From: Bigelowiella natans CCMP2755
Taxonomy: Eukaryota > Protista > Cercozoa
DNA length: 64,000 bases
Reading direction: 5' to 3'
NCBI GenBank assembly: GCA_000320545.1
Contig: ADNK01003512.1
Span: forward strand, 1-64,000
Position numbers and translations under genes: made by a program. Numbering within the stretch: position 1 is the first letter of the stretch; each line of letters begins with the position of its first letter. The notes below the pieces were generated by a model. The model made no database searches, was not told the DNA's origin, and worked only from the letters and a program-made list of their open reading frames with translations. Shown here in pieces: positions 23,680 through 36,151 of the stretch.

Positions 23680-26640
23680 GATTGATGCTTCTTGCAGCTG
23701 TCACGGCATCAAAAATTTTCTACTTGCTGTGCGTCGTAGCGCTACTCATGGTCACACTGTCACACTCGCACGCATGCACCACACAAGAATGTAAACACCA
23801 CATCACACTCGACTACTTGCGCATGTTATTGAGTTGGCTTTGTGGCTTGAGAAAGACCTTTGGGAACTGCGCAAGGCGCATGTCAACGCACAGCGATGCG
23901 TTCGCCCAATGTGTGCAAACATGTGCGACAGGCACTCCACTAGCACTCAATGGGAGCACTGTGATGTCCATGCACAATCACTGCTAGCTACTAGCTAGAG
24001 CAGCACACAATGCCTCCACCTAGCCACATGCACGCAACATCGGGTGAGCTAGCATGTGTGCATGCACAGCAGCAGAGTGACAAGCCACGTGCACGTGCAG
24101 CCACAATGTGCACGCTGCACTGCTAGACTGGTCGTCTAGCAGCAGTGCATGCCAGCTGGAGCTGGGCACAAACGATTTTTTTCATTTGGAAATGCTTTGC
24201 TTTGCTTCTGAACAAGTGTTTGATTTGAACAAACAATGCCTACGTGTCGCGAAACTGGTGTTTGGTTTGTTCAAATGATGTTCGAACAAGAAGCAGCATT
24301 TGCAAATGTTTTCCTGTGAAAATCATTGGCAAATGATTTGAAAAATTTGAAACGTTCCCGCACAGCTGCGCGCAAAGCACGACATGACAGACCAAATCGC
24401 AATGCATTTGAATGCACAATTGTGCAACGTGTGACAAAGGGAACAAACAATCGCACAGGCACAACTTCACAACTTGTTGCAGATGGACACAGTTGTTGCG
24501 TGGACGCCATGCGCACGTAGATGTGTGGCATCATGGCGCACACATGCTGCCATTGAAAAGATTTGATCACTTCATCACATCCGTCTCATGGCTACTCAGG
24601 ACTCAGGACTCAGCCCCACAGACTCAGGAACTGTTTTTCTCTGCTTTGCAACCTCCAGCTGTGCCTTTCTCGTGTTTGAGAACTTTCCAAAATCTGTCCA
24701 ACTTTGACAATTTGTTGAGCATCACCAATGCTTCAGCTGTGTCTGTCGACAATGCACTTCGACGCGCTGTCAGCAGTGTCAAGCCACACAACAAGAAGAT
24801 GCGTTCGGACTCGACTGACGCAGCTTCAAATCATCATTTTCCTTTTCATGCCGAGTGATGCTTCTCCAAAATGGAGCTTCATGCATGAAGATGCATTCTG
24901 ATGGAAAATGACAAGCCCTGCGGGTGGGGTTGTCAATTGCAAATGCAATTTGAAACAGTGCCAACATGGCATCTGATTGGTTGTTTCTTTGGTGAAATCA
25001 GGGAAGCAAAAGCAATGCAGCATGTTGCAGACACATGTTTTTGATTGCTAGTTTGTTGCACCAATGAGAATGAGCTGCGCTCTCGCAAGATGTGCACGAT
25101 CGCAACAGCAGCTGCTGCACGTGCTGCTGACTAGCTAGCTAGTAGCCCCAGCTGACTGGAGCTAGTAGCAATGAAGTTTCATCAGTGCGAGATGCTGGCG
25201 AGATGGTAGCGAGACGGATGCAATGAAATGATCTGTCACTTTTTTCAATGGTCCGTCACAATCTAGCAATGCACATGCTGGCATGTGCAGTCCAACAGCA
25301 CCAGAGCAGCAGTGCGCAGCACGTGTGCCAGCGCATGGCATGGCGGCTGCGTGCGTGCATGCTGCGCATGCGCAGCACATGCGCAGGCCTAGCTAGCTAG
25401 CCTGGTCGCCGTGGCCACGTGGGTGATTTTTCTTCAGAAATTCACCGACAACGCAAGCTCAGGAGATCTCAAATTCAGCTAGCAATGTCGGCAATGATTG
25501 GCCACGCTAGACGCATGCAAAAGCTCAATTTTGGTGATTTTCTTGAAACATTTCCAAAAACATTTGCAAACACATTTGATTTGATTTGGTTTGAACAAAT
25601 GCGAATGTTTTGAAAAATTGTTTCCAAACACCAAATGCTTGCAAACTTGTGTTTGGTTTGTTCAAATGCTGCTCTAGCTCATGCAAACAAGTGTTTGATT
25701 TGAACAAATGATGTTTGTTCAAATGCATTTGCAAACACATTTGTTTTCAAACATTTGTGCCCAGCCCTAATGCCAGCATGCCAGCATGCCAGGCGCGCCC
25801 ACAATGCATGTGGACAAGCCAGAAGGTGTGCACTTGGCACAAATTCATCTGGTTGTGTCCAGCGATGTGCACGTGCGTGTTGTGCATGCGTGGACTTGCA
25901 AGAAGTCCCTGCACGTGCATGTCTGTGACACGTGCATCAACTGCTTCACATGCACCTTTGACCTCACGTGTGGCACACATCAGCGCACAGGATTCATGTG
26001 TGCATTGCACTTGCTTGTCGCATCATCAGCTGTCTTTCCCACCAACCGCTGACAACGAACACATTGCAACACGTGTGACGCCTTCCAAACAAGAGTCTTG
26101 TGCCAATCCTGCGTTCTCCATCTTGCGCCATTGCCCTGCGCAGCATCGCATTGCATCATCACAGAAAATGCACCACGTGCACCGTGATGCTTTTGATGAA
26201 CGTGACATGCGAAGTGTTTCATCGCTTGCGCACGCTGACCAAATGGGATCACAAGGCGAGAAAGCACACGTGTCGTGACTTGTTTGGTGCGCATAGCGTG
26301 GACATGAAAAGAGCACATGTGCTTTCACTCATGCATGCAGTGCACATGCAGAATGGGTGCATGTCCAGATGTGTTTGCACACGCGCACACGTGTGTGGAC
26401 TCACAAGTCCCTACATGTGACTCGCATGGCACGTGCACGTACGCTGTAGGAGGCGCACAGTGCATGCAATGTCACATGACATGGCAATGCAAGGCACGTG
26501 CCACGGGTGATGAAACATGCGAGGCAAGAATGACGCTGTGATCGAATGAGCGCGTAAGCGTCGGCCACCATCACATCTAGCGCAGATGTACATCTGCGCT
26601 ACTTGTTAGCCTAGCACACCGAAACGATGCACAGCCTCAT
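23680..26640. repeat. TpA-depleted degenerate repeat tract hosting the hAT element
   Basis: No TA counted in 25770-26293. CpG is retained. Confidence 0.8.
24157..25769 (-). mobile_element. Non-autonomous (deleted, decayed) hAT DNA transposon
   Basis: Terminal inverted repeats TGGAGCTGGGCACAAA (24157) and TTTGTGCCCAGCCCTA (ends 25769). Perfect 8-bp TSD ATGCCAGC (24149-24156 and 25770-25777). Subterminal TTTGAACAAA/TTCAAATG repeats. Minus-strand remnant AASVESERIFLLCGLTLLTARRSALSTDTAEALVMLNK (about 24715-24827) matches the hAT C-terminal dimerisation motif. Confidence 0.88.
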
Positions 26641-27584
26641 TGTTTATCATACTAACGCATGTGACAATTCGCATGACGCAAGAAGCGAATTCAAGATTAT
26701 GCAATATTGGAACTATGTGACGAAATACATTCGGAGTGTAGCAGTCACTAATCATTAGTTATCTAGACCAAACCGATTCGAATACGTGTGTATCGTTCGC
26801 TTTCCATCAATCACAAGCAAATCTTGATAAGCAATATAAGAGCAAGTAAGAAAGCGTTGTCGAAGCCTCTGTACGACGGATAAGTCCTATTCGCAAAGAC
26901 TCACACTTCTGATGACAATGGTTGAATGAAGAATGTTGCTTCGGTATGTTACAGGATTGTTACGTGATTTTCCAGTTTATGCTGATGCGTATGAGTGTTA
27001 CACACGTGAAGTCTTGGTACATGTACCCCCGAGTAGCACAAACAATTATTTTAAATATTTAAAGACCTACGATGATTGTAATTTGTATAATTACAGTGAC
27101 TTACGAAAACTATTCAGATTAAAATTTGATGCAAAAAAGTGTTATTTCAATGAAAAAAGTATCGAAACAAATTCAAGGTTCTGGTATTGAGTAATTTGCC
27201 AGTATGATAATTTCCTCTGCGCACATTGCTAAAGAAACTAATGCACGATGCAAAAAGGTTCACATATTTACATAAATATATCTTAAGTTTAATAAACAAG
27301 TACTAGGTAGAGGGCGTCTCTTCATCAAAAATAGATTCAGAAAGGTATATTTGGGTCAACTGCAGATAATGGCTTGGAATAAGATAAAATTAGAGCAACG
27401 CCAAGGAGAGAATACCGATAATTTATTAGAAGGTTGGTATTGCTGTTGAGGAAGATTTGGTAAGCTCGGCATATCAGCAACCACCCAAAAAACGGAGAGA
27501 GAGATCTCATTGTTAAAGAATTTTACTCATCTTCTCCTTACTTTGATGATTCATAATCAGCCAACGGTGTCATAATTCCATTTG

Positions 27585-28208
27585 CTAACAGCACTTCTGC
27601 GAGCATAGGTTGAAGTACGTCCTTCCACCGCTTCCTCCTCCTTTAAACGAAAGTCCACATGATGACGTCGCTGGGGGGAGGGTGCTGGTAGCTTGGGTCC
27701 GTCGCCGTTTGAGTGTATAACGGGATGACGACGTGTTCTTCGCCAGCAATGCAGATGGGGAGCCTCTTGAGTTTGGCGAAGTAGTCATTCTCACGGAGTC
27801 AGGAATTGCTGCAGCATAACCAGTATGGCAACGGGTAGAAACGCGTCTAGTCCCTTTTGAATAAAAGAAAATACCGAGGGAACCATGAGGATTGAGTTTT
27901 GCGGTTTTTTTATGACTACTAACAATATACCAGGTTTTGTAGAATGTTTGTGGCTAATCTTCACACTTCTTTGTTGCCGCAACTCGTTTCCATGACGGGT
28001 ACGGGGTTTATTCTGCTTTGTAGCCATAGCGGCTGCCATTGCTCGAGCGATTTTGCCAGCGTTCTTAGGACGGCGCCCTCGACCCCGGAACAAGTACCTT
28101 AAGTTGTTCAAAGAATGAAATAATCTTCTCCACGATTTCATCATATCATCGTCATCATTCCAATTGGAGAATTCAAGACTTTATTAGACACCACACAACG
28201 CACACACA

Positions 28209-28261
<53 letters not shown>

Positions 28262-29295
28262 GAGACGAGAGCATTATGTGGATTCTTACTTTGCCCTCCA
28301 TTTAACATCACGTTTTCTGCGGTTTGTAAACCAGTGATGGATTTGCTTCAAGGAAAGTCCAGTTAACCGAAGCAATTCTTCCCTGATAATGAGAGTAATG
28401 ATAATGATGATGATGAGTTCCAAAGCTTCGTAAAGGACTAATGGCCAACATATTGCAATGGCCCCACCTATCAAGACTAGTTAATCTCTTTATGCCATTA
28501 GTCATTATTGATCATTAGAGTCTTAAACCTCTCGTCGTCTGAAGGATATGGATCAGCGACATTACTCTCAAACCAAGCTGACAGTATTTCACGCGCTTTG
28601 CGTGGCAACTTTCTCCGTCGTTGTTTGAGCTGCTTCAGGCTAATCTTTGTAGCAGATACAATCCTCTTTGACTTACTTTTCAACGCCACAGAGGATGATT
28701 CTATTTCTTCCATTTCCGCCTCCTCCTCTTCGTCCTCTTCTTGTTTCAACCGCACATCGCTTCCACTCGAGTATTCTTCTTTTTTATCTTTCTGTTCCAC
28801 TTGCAACGACTCGAAATCTCTGTTCGAACGATTTTCGTCGTCGTCGTCGGTCGTCAATGAATCACATGCTGAAGAGAGGCTGTTACTACTGCTGCAACGA
28901 CGGTACATGTTTGAATAGAAGCACGCGGACTTGGCTCTGAACTCAAGAGATTGAGGGGGGGGCTCGTTGAGTTGCTGATCGCTACTGAATGCGTCCAGCA
29001 ATGAGCCTACAAATTTCTCAGCAACAAGATGAGGCTCAGTCTTAGCTTGCTCCGCTTCTTTCAGGGCCTCGTAGTCGAGTTCTGTCTCTTCTTCCCCATT
29101 ATCCTCTAATTCTGAGAACTTATGTGCTATATTTTTGCTGCGAGCATCAGTCCCTGAATCACGCTGTCCGCCATAGAATGTAGGGAAGAGAGGCATTAGT
29201 ACATCATAGGCACTTTCCTCAACATCGTGAATTGAAGCTTCGTTCAGGCTGAGATCAAGAGAGGTGATGCACATCTTGTGGTCTGGGAGGGTCAT
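27585..29295 (-). CDS. TALE-class homeodomain transcription factor (paralog 1), about 4 exons
   Basis: RRRKLPRKAREILSAWFESNVADPYPSDDER|EELLRLTGLSLKQIHHWFTNRRKR shows the PYP loop and a WFxNxR helix 3. The start MTLPD at 29295 matches paralog 2. The 3' end is less certain. Confidence 0.88.
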
Positions 29296-29419
29296 GGCCA
29301 AGATGCGTGGAAGCGCGAGTTTTGGCTTGTGAGGCAGGAGACACTGGATGAAGCGTTCGATGTAATAAGAAAGGAGACTTATTTCATTTTCGGCTGCGTA
29401 GTAGCGCAACTACTCAGAT

Positions 29420-31030
29420 GATGCAGTGAATGAAAATTTAGTTCTCCAATGATTGTTGCCACATCTTGCACCTCCCACGTGGTCATAACAACCGTCACTC
29501 TTCATCAAATGCTTGGATTCATTGCTTGCGACTAGAGAACAACTCGTGCAGCACATCAGCACATCCTAAAGCTCAGGTTTGAGGACCTTGACCTGAGAAT
29601 GTTGCCGAATTATTATTGACACACGGGTGGCCATCAAGCTAAGCATAAGTGCTTCCATGAATCTCAACCCACATGAGAAATACATCACGTTGTGAATAAA
29701 GCACACAGTTGCCATGAAGGTCTTGCCAACTTGACCGTTCTGACAACCTTGCCTTTGTGGATGATGTGTGTCGCGAGTGGTGAACGCTTACCATTTCTTA
29801 CACTTTTTTGATCTCATTCGGAAAAACATCTTGGATTTCCTTGCCTGCGACAAAAGGGGACATTGTAGCGGATGTGCGAGCACCCCACGTGGGTTGCTTG
29901 TGCAAGTCAATGCAGCTAAAGACATGCGCTAATGTGCTGCAGATCACAATACACGACCAGACGTGCGCAGTGTCCACGAATCTGCTACGTCAAATTGTGC
30001 ATGCGCATTTCAAGCGGATTGCATGGTTTGCCGACATTCAGAGCACGAGCTTGAGAGTCAATCAGGTCCACCATTTCACAAAAAAACGACTTGGATTGTG
30101 CTGAACGACAAGCAAAAATGGTGCGACTTGAACACATCTAGACATGTCAACGGGCCTTGTTGCTTTTCATTGTCACAGTGGCCTCTTGTTCTGAGCTTCT
30201 CGCTGCTGGAATTGCAGGACTTCGATGTTGCTTGAGCAATGGCGTGAAAACGTGGAAAGTGGGAACAAGCCGAGGTGGCAAACCACCTCAACCTGCGCAG
30301 AAAGTGCTGCTGGGCTGGCATCGTGAAAGTCGTGCATGTCAGCTTCATGGTCTTGCGTGTGCGTGTGCAAATCGTTCGCACACAACACACACGCACACAC
30401 GTGCACACACACAAGCCTTTGTTGAAGTTCCTGGTCACAGTCAGGACGAGTGCGCTGCATTGTTCTCTTGGCCCTCAGTCGTGATGCCTCCTTGCAGCCA
30501 CGCACGCCAAGTTTGCACCGTTGTGTGTCATGTGTGCTGGTTTGTTGGAGAGTCCTCTGAACTCGTTGTTTCAGTCGAGGCACTGCGCTTCGATTCGTGC
30601 TTGACAGGCTTTGCAAGTGTCGCACTTGCACACTTGCAGTGCGTGCTCTGGTCCTCATCGCTCGCATCAAAGGGATCGCAAATTGTTGACGTGACGAACG
30701 TTTTGGCGGTGTGGGCGAGCTGACGTGTGTCATTCATGCTGGCATGCCACAGTGCCAATCACTCAGTGGAGAGCAAAACAACGTGTGAAAGCATTGATGT
30801 GACACATCGTGCCATGCAAGGATCAGCGGTGTGCATCACATCACGGCCAGGTCATCGACGCACGTGCAACGTTCGACGCAATGGTTTGAGCTGGCAGGGA
30901 GCAAAATGATTTTGCGATGGTGGGGGAGGAAACAGCTGGTGTGACTGAAACGAAAATTACCACACGATTCTGGTGAAACAAAGTATGGCTAGCTTGTGTC
31001 CAGATGATTCTCGTTTGTGGCATGATGAAA
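29420..31030. pseudogene. TpA-stripped decayed sequence, possibly a relic of a spliced gene or transposon
   Basis: No TA in 30141-30957. Intron-like segments end in CAG/AAG, and a mixed CA/CG/TG alternating run lies at 30355-30412. No family recognised. Confidence 0.5.
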
Positions 31031-31038
31031 TAGAACTG

Positions 31039-31591
31039 TCATGCATGCTCAAAGAAAAGCAGAATGGTTCCCGGCTTTGACTGCTTCGATTTGTACCACG
31101 TTCGGAACTCCTGGAAAGACATCTTGCCGTCGCGATTCTTGTCTGCTTCCTTCAAATGAAATCAAATCAAACAAGAAGTGAGTTGCGAATGTCAGTGTTA
31201 GTTTACTGTCGTGGAATAGTGTGTTGCAACCATAAAACACGCAATGGCCGTTTCATGCCCGAGTACAAATGGTGAGAGCCCTTCCTGTAAATATATCATG
31301 CATACGGAGTTACTAATTCACAGACTGGAATGAAGAGAACGGAATAAATCGATCCTAACGTCCTAAGTCTCAGCTCAGCAATACCTTTAGACTGCTTTGA
31401 GTGAGCATGAATGCAGTCTTGAAAAAAAGCTGTATGTACCTATGAAATTTACAAGGATGGATTACCAACAACCCATTTCATTTACTTTCTATCACCACCC
31501 TTGTTATGGCCTCACTTGCTCTATAGCCTTTACATTGTGCGATGTATTAAGCAATCCATCTATATGCATTTATACAAAAATAATTCAATAC

Positions 31592-31633
<42 letters not shown>

Positions 31634-31953
31634 CATATAAAATAAATATGAATTTATAATGTACGTAGCAAAGGAGTAAAATCGAGCATTTGCATGCTCA
31701 TGAAAGAAATGCTTACTCCTCCATTTCGTAGAAATTAATGAAACCATCTCCATCCTGTATGATATATAAAAACACAGTTAATGAAGACATGCAAGATAAA
31801 ACTTGGATCAAGGTTGCCCCGTAGAATGTGTACTCAGTGCGAGGTTCATTTCAGGCTAGTTCTACTTTGGATGAGTTTCAGGAAGTAAATTCATCATAAA
31901 TGTTCCATCATGAAATTCATTCAAATGGCTTCTATATAATGATCATTAACCTA

Positions 31954-32033
<80 letters not shown>

Positions 32034-32303
32034 CGTGCATGCATTAATCATGGTGTAGAAGGCTTCGCCTCTGCTCGAGACAACCTCATCAAGTCCTTTG
32101 AAAAGTTGCATGATTTTCTCCTCGAGGGTTCCTGAGTAATTAGTAGTAGTTATTGTATGCATTGTCGGGTTTACTATTGCTAACTGCTGGTTCAACGACA
32201 ACAACTACTTCTATATAGATCAGTACGAACAAATTGACACACGATTTACCATTACACAGGACCGACATCCCAACTAAAAACTCCTTAGCGTCTATCACAC
32301 CTG

Positions 32304-32342
<39 letters not shown>

Positions 32343-34714
32343 GTTATTCTTTTTTCATATTTGAAAAACTTTGTCGATACTATAGGGCTATTTAATGGCA
32401 ACATTTGAAATGATCATCGGTACGGCCCATATATAGATCAATTGGTATATTCGTCGTCGTCGTCGTCATCATGATATCCATCCAATATTCTCCACCAATG
32501 ATTACTCTGATATTATTAGTCGAATAACCGTTGCCATGTAGGTCGAATGTACCCATGATTTCATTTATCTGACAATGGGGGATGGAGAGTAAGAGAGGCA
32601 AAGAGAAAGAGGTTAGCGAGAGAGAGACTCACATACGCATGGTAACTTACATTGAAGGTGATAAAGTCATTCATTTCGATCATCTATTCCTACTTCCTAA
32701 AAAGGTACATGAACCGTGCGTTGCACATGTGTATAGTGTGCAAGCCCTTGTCCTGGGATGAAACATTGCACTCTCTTTTCTAGCGCCTAATAAACGAAGG
32801 TTGATAAAGAGGAGGAAAGAGAAGAATTAACATCTGCAGACTGCAAAAGGCAATGGAATATCACCTTCTTGGTAATGAGTCCTTCCTTGTCTTTGCATTG
32901 ATGGTACAACTTCCGCACCTTTTTTTCGTTAAAAGTCAAACGAATAAGCAACGATACAGCGGGGTAGAGGAAAAGAAAATAGATTGAAAATTTAGGAAGA
33001 TAGAGCGTACTGGGTATAAGGTATAAGTCATCAACGCCGAGAAATAATATTAGCTTATGGTTTGGCAAAATAACCAACTTGCGATGCTGTGAGCTTGCTT
33101 AGGAGCGTGGTTTGCCTGACCTCAAGGATTCTATCGATCTATTTGATTGATACAGAACAGCATACGGCAGAGGTTTATTGGATAATTCGAAAATGAAGGT
33201 CTGCGAGAATTAGCAACTCATAAGCTTACAGTTCAGTACTATTCTTGGCGATGATAATTATGATGATGAAGAAAATGATGATGATGATTATCATCATAGG
33301 ACACAACTTAAAATCATATTATTGAAAACAATCCTACACGAAACTACTTTAAATATCATCTGTATCCTGCTAAGATTGGGCTGGACGCCCCCACAAAGCA
33401 CAATGTCAAAATCTTCTAGTATCATAGAGAGGGTAGGCAAGTAGTCGAGATACAAGCTAATACTTCAAACATTCTATCTTCTTCTGTAATGAATGCTAAC
33501 CTCTCTCGGATGAAGCTTCAACACAGGGGAGCGTGATTGGTGACGATGACTGTTGTGCTTAATGCCCTTTGTCCATATGTTTTCCATCACACCTTGGCGT
33601 TTTGACTGGCGGCTGTGGCGTAGGACTCTACCACCACGCGTGCTGTAGTCGAAAGTATCGTTAGTGCTGCTACTTTCCTCGCTATTTTTTATTGCCGTTC
33701 GCGGAATGTCGTTGCCGATGTGGCTAGAATCATCACTGTTCCACAAGTGCATGGGGGCGTTTATCCTTTTTTTCCTCTGGTTAATCACACGTAGAGGTTG
33801 ACTCCTGGACCTATGAGTCGTCGGGACATTCGCAGATCGAGGAGGCCTTCTAGAGTGGCAATTTCGTACGGTTGCGACAAATCCTTCCATCCCCCTGCCC
33901 CCCTCAACCAAATCTTCCTCCAGGTCATTATTACCTCTTTCGTTTTTGTCGTAACCCCTCTTACTTTCACCACCAAAAGCACATCTGGATATTAACGAAA
34001 TGTCATGTGAAGCCCTAAATCTATTACATATTAATACATGATAGTGGATGGCGATTCGTACTGATAATTATGAATAGAATGATGTTGATGACGAAATTGG
34101 TAACACCGCGATAGTTGATGTAATGGAAGATAAAGGCATGAATCAGTAAACCGACCGGCTGCTTACTGATTTATAGCTTTACGTTGTTACCAACTTCGTC
34201 ATCAACATCATTCTCATCATAATTATCGGTACGAAATGCCATCGTCAATTAACACTATAAGTGAAGTATTGAATAGCTGTCCATATCAACAAAGAGCACA
34301 GCCACGTACATATCTGATCGAAGTGGTTGTGCAGCTGAAAACGCTGGGGCAACGAGGGAAAATCTACATTCCTCGAATTGAGAAGATGCTCCACACAGAA
34401 TCTGAAAGAAAATGATGATGAAGCGATGCAACAAAGACGACCACAAGAAAGAATGTCCATACATATAATCGATTAAATCCATTCATTCCAGGATTGCGGT
34501 GACGTAGATGAGCTTAGATTTTGATACCGAGAGGGGAATATTGATGTTCGTTTTGCAATCCCTAAGAACGCAGACAGGAGCTGAAAGCTTAAATGCAGCC
34601 TGAATCAGCATCTGAAAACAATCGATCATGGATAGGAGAATAGGGAAACATGAGACAGTTCGGATGCTTCAAGATGGCGGCAAACGAGACAGAGGTGGGC
34701 TTCCTTCTAATGTT

Positions 34715-34749
<35 letters not shown>

Positions 34750-35843
34750 CTCAAGAATAATGGCTATTGCTACGGCCAAATATGAGAAGTTACGACTACA
34801 AATAATTAATACAAGAGCACAAGACCCCGATTTGCTTATCGCAGATTCCTTCGATCAATGCTAGTGTCTTCATTGAATTTCCATTCACTACTTTCACGTA
34901 CCTATCGCAGGGTATTGAACGATGCGAGTAAGGCATTTCTTCATTTATTTATATAATCATTTATGTACATGTTCACTTCGCTCATTCCATATCGTATTAC
35001 CGAACTCTGGGCAAGAATGTATCCTCTGCCATCGGCTGTCCAGCTTCCATCACGTTTATGCTACACTGGATCGTGGACTCTCTTATTTGCCACTCTCCCC
35101 TTTCGCGTAGTTCTGTTCATAACGGCGAAGAAATTAGGGGGTTCGTGCAATTACTTTCGAATTTTCCCGCCCATGTACCCCACCACCATACACTAAATTC
35201 ATGTTGGAACACAACGTTCGGAGACACATAATATTGCGAACGAACAAACACAGTGAGCCTCATTACTTCACCCCAAAAATCCTAACAATGGCTTCAGGAA
35301 GGATCCTTTGGCCCTGGGTATGTGGGGTGTCAATAAAAAAGTTACAACCAACCACCTCCATCTTCACCTTGATCCTTCATCTTTTTTCTTTCATCATGGC
35401 GCAGGCATGCATGCAATCACTCATAACACAGTAGCGATCCGGTAACTGATCAATAAAACGGCTTTTGTTGTTGTTATTGTTGTTAAGATGTGGAATTGTA
35501 GATCAAAACCGAATTGATGAATTTGGGACTATGAATGCCTTCACAATGACCTTGTTTCAGGTTGGTCCAAAAAATATACCGCTTCTGACCAAAATGGTAA
35601 ATCTTTGTTGCAACCTCCACTTGAGAGGCAAAATATCCAACATGGATACGTCAAGGATTCGCCTTCCACGGATTTACTGCATATTGTTCTCGCAATGATG
35701 ACTCGATTAATTCATTCAGATAGAGGTCTGCGACAACAGCTAACAACAATGACGACAACAATGACGACAACAACAACAATGATACTCGTACACTAGGTAA
35801 CTGGTAAAAAGAATATTTTAAAGAATCTCCCTCTTACTTCCAT
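31039..35843 (-). CDS. EF-hand calcium sensor (calcineurin-B/NCS/CBL-like C-terminus) with a long N-terminal extension; 5' end uncertain
   Basis: Exons encode INEIMGTFDLHGNG|VIDAKEFLVGMSVLCN|GTLEEKIMQLFKGLDE|DGDGFINFYEME and EADKNRDGKMSFQEFRTWY, giving three EF-hand loops and the GTLEEK linker typical of NCS/CNB. Upstream exons (33474-35843) are assigned tentatively. Confidence 0.65.
34047..34243. repeat. Imperfect inverted repeat, about 65-bp arms (MITE- or hairpin-like)
   Basis: GATGGCGATTCGTACTGATAATTATGAATAGAATGATGTTGATGACGAAATTGGTAACA versus the reverse complement of the right arm, GATGGCATTTCGTACCGATAATTATGATGAGAATGATGTTGATGACGAAGTTGGTAACA. Confidence 0.85.
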
Positions 35844-36151
35844 GATTTGTTTAATTATCTAAAATTCTATAAAATCGCATGTATTTTTGGTTTTCTGCAG
35901 GCTTGATATGTTAAAAGTCGTTCGAAGAGAAAATGATCGAACACGAGATAAGGAGGAAATAACGGCCAAAAAAGCGGCCTGGTCTGGCGCCAAATTTCCT
36001 TTCTCGGTCCCTCTTTTAGCGCGCCAAAAGCCTTACACTCGCAGATGTAGGGCGTCTATAAACAAAAAGATCGCATATTATTTGTCGCAGTTGTAATAAA
36101 CGTCGGACTCTTCTTCGAGTAAAAATCTTCTCGGCTCTTTGCGCCAGCGAA

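Noticed and set aside
24180-24350. Short spaced repeats (TTTGAACAAA etc., also 25540-25755) as a CRISPR-like array
   Set aside because: Irregular spacing, degenerate units and a eukaryotic context. They are explained as hAT subterminal repeats.
25715-26541. Many overlapping Cys/His-rich ORFs here and in the other TG/CA tracts, superficially like metal-binding proteins
   Set aside because: Artefacts of TpA loss, which removes TAA/TAG stops and Tyr codons in all six frames.
23680-26640. CpG methylation decay or fungal-type RIP as the sole cause of the TG/CA excess
   Set aside because: CpG is still abundant in most tracts, and neither process removes TpA (RIP increases it). Some CpG decay in the hAT subterminal repeats is still possible.
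30835-30875. Minus-strand CVDDLAV as a mutated reverse-transcriptase YVDD motif
   Set aside because: No upstream RT motifs (QG/PFG, D-box) in frame, so a chance match is likely.
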